This document shows, piece by piece, positions 52,770 to 64,000 of a stretch of 64,000 nt of DNA. Under the pieces are notes generated by a model that was not told the origin of the DNA, searched no databases, and saw only the letters and a list, made by a program, of their open reading frames with translations. The stretch spans positions 88,288,001-88,352,000 of the forward strand of contig NC_042998.1 of assembly GCF_006345805.1 (NCBI RefSeq), written 5' to 3'. How positions within the stretch are numbered: the stretch's first letter is position 1; every line of letters starts with the position of its first letter. This stretch comes from Octopus sinensis. Its lineage: Eukaryota. The translations under genes were made by a program, and so were the position numbers.

Positions 52770-54495
52770 TGTATACCGTATATTACACATGCCAAATTCC
52801 CTCCTGGTTTTTCTGAGACTTTCTTGTCTTTTTTTTTCTTTTACTGTATATGAATTGGGGTATGATATCTAAAGATACGGTAAAGATATAGCGTCGTTTA
52901 GAATCAGATAGTGAAATTTATATCCTATTCTGCAGCACACATGATAAACTAGGCTACAATGACATTGACATCCATCGACGACATCCATCAGACAATATGG
53001 CTGAATTCCCCTGATAGAGTTTGTATTACACAACAGCTGCTGCGCTGTTTCTTGTACAAAACACTTCAGTCTTAATTAAATCTCCATGTATAATTTTGAA
53101 AATATTTTTACACTTCTTTGTAGCTTTGGTTTGTTTTTGCTCTGTTTTATTTTTCATCTCTCCAATAACTCGTAGCTTAGATGATATAATGCGTTTCATT
53201 TAGATCATATTGTTGTTTCGTGGGGTTAGCATTCAAGTTCATTGCACTGCTAGACACATTTCCACATTTCCTCGAGCTCCAATTTTCAGTAATCGCATGT
53301 TAGGTCTTATGTTTGTTGGTCTTTCAGTAATATTTTTGGATATTGTCAACATGACAATTCTACACATGTCTGACATTCAGCCGTTGACTATAATTACATT
53401 TTTTCAAATAGCTTTCTAGAATCTGCAATCGTTGGGGGAACTTTGCAATTTAAAGATTCTCATCATGCTAGCTTTTCCGATTACTTTATTTGATGGATTT
53501 TGAAATTTTGCTATTATAGTAGCTATATAAATAGTTATTAACGACTACTTAATTTATTGGCCGAGGTAGCATGCTAATATTTCATTCTAATTAAACGTTT
53601 AGATAAATACATCCTTATATGTGTATGTGTATGTGTATGTGTTCATATGTATGTATTATAATTAAAAGATAGATATTCTCCGTATGCAATACACTTCATA
53701 GTGTTCAAGAGGTTTAAACTTGAGCAGATAGAGGACTAAATGTGCGGATAGGCAAATTAGGCAAGTCGATATAGAAAAAATATTAAATGCATTTAATACA
53801 AATATGTATATGTGTTTACATTTAAAAGGGTCCGACTTACAGAGAATAGAAATGATATCCGGAATTAAAAGGGTTGGATGAGAGTTTTACGAGTCCAGAA
53901 GCTGTTTCTGGGAGCTTGGTGGTCCACAATAATGATTGTAAATTCCATCATCGGATAATACCAGCCTCCGTCTTCAGGAAAGACGTTTTACATTTGGGGT
54001 GTCGACAGAAAGGAGATTAAAGATGGAATGTATGTTTGTATGTATGTATGTATGTATGTACATATGTATGTATGTACATATGTATGTATGATCATGTGCA
54101 TTAAGAGAATGGAATGCGCAGGACAAGTCGCCTTCAGTTTAGCGTCACTGTTCAATCAGCACATCTTTGTGTACATAATATATACCTTATATAATCACCA
54201 CCTAATAAAACAACGCAATTCATGCAAAACATATTCCAAGGAATCACGACGTGACATCTCCATAGTCAATCAATTATTTTAGAAATAGATGTTAAATCAC
54301 TCTAGATCTCACTCCTCACTATCAAATAAAAAACAGACTGACTATTGTCCTGCGGGATAAATCATTGTTTAAAAACAAAAGCTAGGAAGGCCAAGTTTGA
54401 TTTCTCTTTGATCATGGGTTGCTAGGTGAGGACTGACCTGGTGTTAAACAATACCAACAAATCTAACAACAACACAATCCGCCTATACTCTACAC

Positions 54496-55001
54496 CAGGG
54501 GAGGGGAAAACCCCGCGAGCCCATTTTATTTCGCTCGGATGCTGATATACTCGTATGTACAAAATATAGTCAATTTTTCAATTATAATCTTTATACAATA
54601 TCCGTATGACTATTTGCGACATAGGTCGCGTTTCCACGACGACTTAAAACGGTTAGACTCGAATAGAAAATCCTCCGGTAACAGCCATTTGAATGGAAAT
54701 TTTGTTTTCACCATAAAACATATTGCTAGGTATGGACCACCCCCTTGAAACCCAAGTACTCTCTACCTGAAGAATATAGAAACCTCATAAGTAATATAAA
54801 TATCCTAAATTCAGTGGCGGCGTTAATGAAGGTGTTACGCGTTAATTTAATGTGTTAAACTTATCTTTATTAATGTATATCGAATTATACATAGATATAT
54901 ATACAAGATCTACAAAGATATGAGTTAGAACTTGTGATCCGCCCGCGGACCTTTTTCTTTGTAAACTTTTGCCCGCCGCACTTAAAAGTCCCCCCCCCCA
55001 G
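54496..55001. mobile_element. Non-autonomous hAT (Charlie/Buster-like) element, 506 bp, with an 8-bp TSD
   Basis: CTCTACAC|CAGGGGAGGGGAAAA...AAAAGTCCCCCCCCCCAG|CTCTACAC. The TSDs are identical (54488-54495, 55002-55009) and close to the NTCTAGAN target preference. GC-rich subterminal CCCGC motifs are present. Confidence 0.8.
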
Positions 55002-55628
55002 CTCTACACAATCATTTCTTAATTCTTGATCGTATCATATAATTGACATAGAACATCCGCAAACATAATCAGCAGCCAAGGGATTTAACCTCTATGTGAT
55101 TGTTCGGTAGGCGAGAAACAGCAGCTATATATTCCTTAGCTCACACCCTCCCATCTAAAAGTATGAAGCGCACATTCGCCAATGCAGCTCTATACATATA
55201 CATAGATGCGCGCGCGCGTGTGTGTGTGTATAATGTATGGATGTCAGATACGATAAAATAGATGTAATCGTCGAAGCTAGTCTGTTTTTGATCGTAGGTG
55301 TGCTCACTTATAGCTTACCTGTGTTAAACACCAACAACAAAACAACAACAAAACAACAACAATAACAACAACAACAACAACAACTGAACTTACATTGACG
55401 AAATACCACATGTCAGCAGAAGCAAAAAAGGAAAACTGATGTAGTAGATACATACTCTATTGAACATAATGTCAAAAGACATTGCTGCTTACATATACAC
55501 ATTCGTATGCATATATATATTCGTCAATACATCGTTTATAACATCAAAGAAATACACAGACACACACACATACACATACGTACATACATGCGTGCATACA
55601 TACATACATACATACATACATACATACA

Positions 55629-55659
<31 letters not shown>

Positions 55660-57449
55660 CTACAATCATGCAAACATGCATACCCACACATGCACGCTAC
55701 CTGCATTAATGAAATTAAGCAACCTTACAAATGCTTTGTTCATAAACATGGAGGAATTGGCCGACTGCTGTTCACTTAGAAAGGTTACTAAGCGCTGATA
55801 TAAAAGATTTATTCAACAGCGATTCAAGTGTGTAGTAAAATGGAGTGTACTCAATGACGCTCTGTTCTTATTGAGTCGATCTGACTGAAAGAAACGCCAA
55901 TAAACTTTTCAGCTAATTCTATTGATTTGTTTAGCTCATAGTTAGTGGAGCACCGGACAAAAATGCCTTACAGTATTTTAGGTACTGTGTTCAAGTCTAA
56001 TCGAAGTAGATTTCTGTTTTTTCAGCTTCTTAGTTCAACAGAATCAATAAATAATATTCACCCGCTTCCACATGAACTCGTGATACCTCGACTTGTTTTG
56101 GTTATTTCAAGGACATTATTATTTGAAATGTAGTATACTGGCTCCGCTTGAAGAATCATCAAAAGGTTATTCCATAACCTACAGCGAAATTGTCAGGCTG
56201 ATATTATTATTTCATGTTCTGACCAGAAACAAAGTCCCTGTCTATCGCCATATATAAATTGGTTTGTGTGATGGTGATACTTTTCTCAAGAACATTTGTG
56301 CAGTAATTAAATTAAAATGGCTTCAATCGAGAAATAAAATCGCGTTCGTAATGAGCTTAAACATTTTGTAACTGGATATCCATGAAATTAAGTAAAACAG
56401 TGATGCATACTCTAGGGCAAAGGATCGTAACAAAGTTTTGGAACAATTTCTTCTCATTTCGTGAGCTAAAATGTCTTTGGGAAAAAATTAACATCATGAA
56501 TTCCCGTCCCCCACTCACATAGAACACTAGGCTCTTTGATCCAGTCATAAAAAATAGCAAATACAAGCAACCTGATGTCACACTGCCAGCAGTTTTAACA
56601 ATAGTATGAGTCTAACACAACCTTATTCCCAATTATTTTATGAGCCATGAAAATAGGATGGGGTTTAGATAAAGTATTTGAATCAAGTTCCGAATTTCCT
56701 TCCATTTTTTTTTTCCGTTTTTGTTTTTTTTTTAGTCATGAGGAAAGGCATTTCCCGAAACTCTCTACAGGGACCTCGAAACTGACAGGAAAGAGAGAGG
56801 AAGTTATCCTCAAACCGGAAGCCTGTCTCAAATGTTTGAAATAGAGTGTCATCCGGTAAATGTACCTACAATGCTAGGTGATGATGTTAGTTACATCGGG
56901 CGACGGATTAAATCTACAACCTAAATAGACCTGGGTATGATTTGAACTTACAGCGCAAAGAACCGGAACAAATACTGCAAGGTATTTAGTCCGACGTTCT
57001 TACTTTTCCACCTTTGTCCTGGATTGGGGACTTGTCTTTTCGAATACGAAAGGATGAAAGCAAAGTTAAACTATGATCGATTCCTAGGGGGATATGAACC
57101 GAGAACTAAGAAACTAAATATTGCACGGCTTCTGGTACAGAGTCTCAGACATTTTTGCTAACACACTGCTTTTTGTTTTATGTGACTTCGATTCTATTTC
57201 ACTTTAGAGAGAAATATTCCTAGAAAATTGACTTCATTTGTCAGAAGTGGAATGGTGTGATGTTTCTGGTTTTCGAAAGGCAATTAAGCGACGTAAGTGA
57301 AATTCAGTAGTTTTGACTAAAAATTCAGCGGTAATTAGTAGATACCTGTTAGCATTCAGATAGAATACTTCGTGGTATTTGTCTTGCGTTTTCCTCAGTC
57401 GAAATCCTTTAAAATGTCCCTTAATTCTATAATTAATGTTAGTAACATA

Positions 57450-57623
57450 TTGGTTTCAAATTTTGGCACAAGGCCAGTAATTTCGAGAGAGGGGGTCAGT
57501 CGATTACATCGATCAACTGGTTTTTATTTTATTGAATACGGAAAGATGAAATACGAAGTCAACCTCGGCGGAATTTGAACTCAGAAGGCAAAAACGGACG
57601 TGCTAACGACTCTGCCAGCTTGC
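57450..57623 (-). mobile_element. Family A SINE
   Basis: AAGTCAACCTCGGCGGAATTTGAACTCAG...CTCTGCCAGCTTGC. Confidence 0.8.
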
Positions 57624-57649
57624 TGTTTTAATGCTAATAACATATATCA

Positions 57650-57965
57650 TTTCAGTCGGTCAACAACAGATTTACTCTTCAGCGATTGGTGTTAGGTTTA
57701 GAGTAAAATAAGTCCTGGGACCTGTAAGGCTGAAGGTGAAGTATAAATGACTGAAATCGCATCACCCACCACTGAAAGGGACACCGGTCCGTCGAAGACT
57801 TAAAGTTGCAGTTATTGCTGGATCTCATTTACACCTGAGTGAACTGGAGCAATGTGAAATAAAGAGTTTTGCTGAAGAGCACAACGCAGTACACGTTTTC
57901 GGGGTTCAAAACCACAATCTTAGCATCTTGAATGCAACAACCTATCAACAAGGCAACATGCCTTG
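57650..57965 (-). mobile_element. Family B (CORE-like) SINE
   Basis: CTCATTTACACCTGAGTGAACTGGAGCAATGTGAAATAAAG...CACAACGC...GGGGTTCAAAACCACAATC, the reverse of a tRNA head plus a CORE-like domain. Confidence 0.65.
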
Positions 57966-58027
57966 TGTTCAGGGCAAAAAGAAAGAAAGAAAACAACTGT
58001 GAGGCTGATCCAACTGTCATAGCATTT

Positions 58028-58414
58028 ATTCTACTCTAGACAAAAGGCCTGAAATTTTTGAGGAGGGAACCAGTCGATTAGATCGACTCCAGTACGCAAC
58101 TGGTACTTAATTTATCGACTCCGAAAGGATGAAAGACAAAGTCGACCTCGGCGGAATTTGAACTCAGTGACAGATGAAATATCTGTTTCTTTATTACCCA
58201 CATGGGGCTAAACATAGAGGGGACAAACAAGGACAGACAAATGGATCAAGTCGATTACATCGATCCCAGTGCGTAACTGGTACTTTATTTATCAACCCCC
58301 AAAGGATGAAAGGCAAAGTCGACCTCGGCGGAATTTGAACTTAGAACGTAACGGCAGACGAAATACGGCTACGCATTTCGCCCAGCGTGCTAACGATTCT
58401 GCCAGCTTGCCGCC
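58028..58414 (-). mobile_element. Dimeric family A SINE (full monomer with tail 2 plus a headless monomer with tail 1)
   Basis: Mirror of 16948-17317. An extra isolated head fragment follows at ~58440-58480. Confidence 0.9.
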
Positions 58415-58966
58415 CCTTTAAAATAGGGTGAAACACCGCTAATCATTTTGCCCGGCGTGCTAACGCTTCTGCCAGCTTGACGCATTCTATTGTCATAGCA
58501 TCTAGACTGTGACTTTGTTGTCATCATATGCTATTCTTTGGATTAAGTTAATCTTTTTTTAATAATTTTGATATATTTCTATATATATATATATATATTA
58601 TAAGTTTTATCCTGTCGTTTTCCTTGCTTAAACTACTTTCGCTGTACATACACACACTCACACACATTATGTATGTATGTATGTATGCACGGTTTATGTA
58701 TTTATTTATATTCTGTTTTGTTTTTACTGCTGTTGCCATCGTTGCTTTTGTTGGTTTGTTTAAGCGTTTTATACGTATCAAAACAATGTAATTATATATT
58801 TAGAACATGCTTCGTAAAGATTATAAAGCCATCATGTTTACCTGACGTTAGCAACCTCGGATTTATTACAATGGAAAATTTCCCTTCTCCCCCAGGCTCA
58901 ACTCCGCTTCTGTGTTTCCTCTTTCTCACTCTCCATTTCATTTCTTTTTTCTCTTTCAATATTTAT

Positions 58967-59021
<55 letters not shown>

Positions 59022-59780
59022 CTCTCTCTCTCCGCATGCACACATACACAAGCATATATATTTACATATATATATATATATATATTATCATACACGCACA
59101 TTTTACTGGTTTCAGTTAATGGATCATATCGATCTTATCGACCAGATTACTTATTTCCGCATTGTACTTATTTTATCGATAGTTATTTGCTGAATTGCTA
59201 TGTTACTGAACTTGAATTATAATGCCAGTTGTTTTTAGACCTATGTAAATAAACGGAAACACAAACATGGAAGCGCGCGTGTGTAATACAAACTGCATCA
59301 AAACAAGTGTCTGTCTACAAAAAATTCCTCTCACAAGATATTGATCAATCCAAGGATATAGGAAAAAATGATAGCACAAGTTTCCATAGGGAGTGGTTAA
59401 TTCAGAATCACGTAGTTGCAAAACCAAATTCTAGTGTGAGAGATTTAGCAGTTATTTCCAGCATAGCGAGCGATTATAGAGAGCCTCATTTGTTGACTCA
59501 CGTAGGTTCCGTTTGTACTGCAAAAAAAAAAGAAATGAACTCCATGAGGTTTAGAGGATTTCCTTCCTGGAGATAATTCATTGGTCAGAGTTTTAGTGTT
59601 GATAAAGGGAGTGTGACATCGAATCATGATGAAAAGAGCGGCTGGTGGAGTTCAGGGAAGCAGAAACAATATAGGAACTATAGAAACAGTTAAGAGAGGA
59701 AACAAATTACAGATTATTATTGTTGCTATTATTGATGTTAAGCTCACAGATTATTGTTGCTATTATTGTTGCTTAAGTCT

Positions 59781-59990
59781 AAGGCAGCGAGCAGGCAGAA
59801 TCATTAGAGTTTCAGAAAACATACGTTGCAGTATTGTTCCGGTCGTTGAGTTCTCAGTTCAAATCCCGTCAGGGTCAAAATCGCTTTTCATCTTCTCGGA
59901 ATCGATCAAATAGATTACCAATCAAGTACTGGGGCCGCTGGTATAAGTTAACCCTTTCCTCCTTAAGATTGATAGCCTTGTTTCCAAATC
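59781..59990 (+). mobile_element. Degenerate family A SINE
   Basis: AAGGCAGCGAGCAGGCAGAATCATTAG...CTCAGTTCAAATCCCG...ATCGATCAAATAG. Confidence 0.7.
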
Positions 59991-60731
59991 AAAAATCATT
60001 GTTGTTTAGCTCCAGTTCAACCCTGATGGAGAAGACCTGTGATTAAAGATATTCCATGATGGACAAACCATCTTTTTCTTCTTTTCTTTTTTACTTTGTA
60101 TACACATGACTACTCTGAATAATGTATTCCCTTTTTAAGGAAGTAAATTATAATTTTTGGTAAATTTGGTAGCTGTTTTTAGCAGTTTAATTGACCATGT
60201 GTCAAGCTACTGTGTTGCCCTAAAACATGTAGTTTGAAGCATATTAATCAACAAATATATTCAACTCGGCCGAATAACCTTCTTTTCCAATGCAATCTTA
60301 GGTGGTTGTCTGTGGGAAGAGATAGACGCTATCTGTTATACAAACAACAGGGACTGAATGTAAAAATTCAACCAAAATCTAAATCATATTACAGATCTCA
60401 CCGGTCAGCAGATTTTTTCCTACTCTCTAGTATCAGTATTAATGATATTGGTTTATTACATTAGCACGAGATCTGTTTCTTTTTAAACCTCCCCAGTATG
60501 CTGTTGATATTAATGCCATCTCGGTGTCAAGTCAAATCTAAAAGCTTCTTAAAGTAGAACACACTTAACGAGCAAACCAAAAACAGCGTGATACCATAGT
60601 ATATTCATCATAGCTGTTGCATACCTTCTGATTAAACACACACACACACCCAAATACACACACTCATGCGCGCACACACACACACACTCACGCGTACACA
60701 CACATTCACACACAGTCAAACATTTAGACGG

Positions 60732-60772
<41 letters not shown>

Positions 60773-60825
60773 TATATATATATGAGAGAGAGAGAGAGAG
60801 ATAGATCGATAGATAGATAGATAGT

Positions 60826-60899
<74 letters not shown>

Positions 60900-61032
60900 T
60901 AGAGAGAGAGATAAACACATACATAGAATATTCACACACCACGCACGCACACACGCACATATATATAATATATATATAATATGCACACACGCAACACACA
61001 CACGCACATACATAATATATATATATGTATGT

Positions 61033-61127
<95 letters not shown>

Positions 61128-61150
61128 TATATACATATATATATATATAC

Positions 61151-61195
<45 letters not shown>

Positions 61196-61231
61196 AATAT
61201 ATATATATATGTATGTATGTATACATATATA

Positions 61232-61540
61232 TTCGTTTTGGGATTTGGTTTGCAAGATCTTTATGTGAGTTCGTGTGTTGAAGCATATTCTGTTGTGTCT
61301 GGGGGGAGTCATTCTCTTTTGGTGCTTTATAATTTAACACACTCACCGGTAAAATTTCCACTTATTCCTTTTTTTATTTTTCTAAAATTTTCGAGCGTCT
61401 TGCAACCTTTCAATATTGGAAATGTAACAGAACGCAACGAGAATTTTAGAAAAAATAAAAAAGAAATAAATGGAAATTTTACCGGTGAGTGTGTTAAATT
61501 ATAAAGCACCAAAAGAGAATGACTCTCCCTAGACACAGCA

Positions 61541-61541
<1 letters not shown>
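61232..61541 (-). mobile_element. Asymmetric foldback element (same family as 22573-22808) inserted in (TA)n
   Basis: Tail 61232-61289, arms from 61290 to 61541, (TA)n on both sides. Confidence 0.88.
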
Positions 61542-61608
<67 letters not shown>

Positions 61609-62153
61609 GTAAGTAAATAGGTATCTATGTATGAACATGTTTTCAATTCATCACCCAGAATATAAATGTAAAACGTATGTCTGTGTTAAGTTTTCAAAAG
61701 AGTTTCTATGGTTTAGTACTACACCCACATCATTTTATTTCACAGCTAATCTGGTTACAACTACATCCTAAGCTGAAATCCTTATTTCAATAAATTCAAT
61801 AAATCCCATTATTCTACGTTAATTACTTTTTATTTTTTATGCTCGCACACATATATATACATACGTGTATGTGTGTGTCGTCTGTGTGTGTGTGCGTGCG
61901 TATACTCACAAATACGTACGCCATTATGTTCGCCCATCAAGCAAGCTTGCACACATGCATACATATATGAGCGCTCTGTCATTATTAGTTATCTATTATA
62001 TTTATATTCCGGTCTATTTCTGGATGTTTATTATTTTTCAATCGTCTTCAGACGAATACTGATATTTCCTTTCAACGCTTCGATTCGTGCATCAATGCTT
62101 CGACAGAAAAATCCCAATCAGCAGCCAATTCATTGGCCCATTTTATACATACA

Positions 62154-62251
<98 letters not shown>

Positions 62252-62530
62252 TATATATATTTATACATGCACATATATCCACGTTCGTTTGTGTATGTGT
62301 TTAGGTGTCTACTTATCTATGTATCTAAATGTGTCTATACATACACACACATATACTTATATAGATATGTGTGTGTATATAAACACACTTTCATGCGCGC
62401 GCGAGCATTTTAAAATACATACGCTGGAATAAATATAAAATATACATACAAGTAAATATATTAAGATGTGAGCTCTATTCCTAGGACAGCCCCTTCTCTC
62501 TCATTTTCACGTCTGCTGTTGCTCTTGTTT

Positions 62531-62618
<88 letters not shown>

Positions 62619-62696
62619 TATATATATATACAGAGGGAAGGGAAGAGCGTGAGGATGAGTGACGGAGAGACAGAGAAAGAGGAGAGAGGGGGTATG

Positions 62697-62770
<74 letters not shown>

Positions 62771-62886
62771 ATGATTGATTGATTTGATATCTGTTTCACA
62801 CTGGTTTGAAATGCAATGGAGCGAATGAAATGCTCACAATGAGAAATATGCGCAGACTATATTTGTATGTTTATATGTGGGTTGTA

Positions 62887-62917
<31 letters not shown>

Positions 62918-62968
62918 GTGTTTATGTGTGTATCTACGTATGTATGCATATACACATACACACGTAGA

Positions 62969-63044
<76 letters not shown>

Positions 63045-63844
63045 TACGTAAGCGCATATATCGTTCGAATAGTTCGATAGTGGAACACATCACGTGCTGG
63101 AATTGTTGTCTGGCAGCATGCTGTCGAATGGACGATGGAAACAATGGTAAACTCCAGCATCGAAGTAAGTTGCCAGTCGCCAATCAGTTTACGATGTTTA
63201 ATCACTACTCTGCTCCATCAGACATTGCCATTGTATTATATCAACATCCACTGTGGAAAGGTTCATTACCTCCAGTACTGCATTAAAGGAATCATCATGA
63301 AAGACTCTATTCTTTTCTTTTATATTTTCTTTTTAATTACACCGCCTTGAATTTTCCGTACAAATTTAGATCTAAGGCGAATTGACTCTCATTGTTATAG
63401 TACAATATATTGTGTAAAGTACTGACGAGAAGAGTTAGAAGATGAAGTTATCTTCAGCTGGTTAGACAGAATGTGCAGGCCGGTTTCGATTCCGATATTG
63501 AAGCAGAATCGCTTCTCTTACTTCACTCGTACAAGTAGGGAAGTTTTGAACGAAATTTTTCTCACATATAAGGTTGGCTCTGAACTGGTAGCTGTTTCGA
63601 CTCAGTACTGAACAGCTAGCGAATATATTGGTGGTTCGTTATCCCATCATCACCGTTACATTTTGTTTTTTATCAAGGCTCTTAACCTCCAAAGGCTAAG
63701 ATCATCTAGGCACTGCCGGATGGTGCTGTAATCCACTGCTTGATTGTTAAGTTCGATAGATGCATGCCACGTTTCTACAATACCCCAAAAGATCCCAGGT
63801 GTAAATTAGTTTTAAGTTGCTTGCCTCTTAAATCCTTACTACTA

Positions 63845-64000
63845 TAAGCACAAGACCTGAAATTTTATTGGGGGCGGGAAGCTATTGAAGTATATTAACC
63901 CCTCAATGCTCAACTGGTACTTATTTTATCTATCCCCAAATGTTGAAAGTCCAAGTCGACCGTGGTGGAATTTGAAATCAGAACGTAAAATCAACAGAAA
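63845..64000 (-). mobile_element. Family A SINE, truncated by the window end
   Basis: CAACTGGTACTTATTTTATC...AAGTCGACCGTGGTGGAATTTGAAATCAGAACGTAA. Confidence 0.8.

Noticed and set aside
53945-53985. Minus-strand CTGAAGA-CGGAGG...TTATCC-GATG as a hammerhead
   Set aside because: GAAA is replaced by GATG and stem II/III pairing is poor. At best it is a very decayed PLE remnant.
56735-56856. Apparent exon (strong polypyrimidine acceptor, CCG|GTAAAT donor)
   Set aside because: All three frames contain a stop within the putative exon. LYRDLETDRKERG loosely recalls an RTE ORF2 remnant but is too weak to call.
59307-59700. 89-aa ORF with SSVRDLAVI, recalling the CR1/L2 RT motif VRDLGV
   Set aside because: A single short motif, and no other RT motifs could be traced in neighbouring frames.
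63119-63172. Possible 48-nt exon ending GAA|GTAAGT
   Set aside because: The donor is good, but the acceptor is weak and there is no recognisable peptide or partner exon.

Overview
AT-rich, microsatellite-dense eukaryotic DNA with no prokaryotic features. The repeat landscape (two tRNA-derived SINE families, (TA)n/(CA)n/(TAGA)n/(TACA)n arrays, CCCTAA repeats) best fits an octopus or related cephalopod genome; this is inferred from recognition, not from a search. I find no confidently supported host protein-coding gene, and most ORFs in the supplied track are translations of microsatellites. Supported content: about 20 SINE copies or fragments, a decayed mariner (DD34D) element, an internally deleted Chapaev3-like element, a non-autonomous hAT element with an intact 8-bp TSD, a piggyBac-like MITE, seven long foldback elements, and several tandem or inverted local duplications anchored on microsatellites. 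The most interesting signal is a set of hammerhead-ribozyme (HHR)-like motifs. A near-complete type I HHR occurs twice in a ~487-bp tandem repeat (27828-27886, 28315-28373). A second HHR-like core with the same unusual A...A-flanked stem II lies at 10181-10226 (-). Two minimal Penelope-type HHR-like motifs occur at 15255-15291 and 51172-51207, and HHR 3'-half motifs sit inside (TA)n-anchored foldback elements. Together these suggest a Penelope-like/retrozyme-type system that targets (TA)n. Some near-identical duplications may be long-read assembly artefacts.
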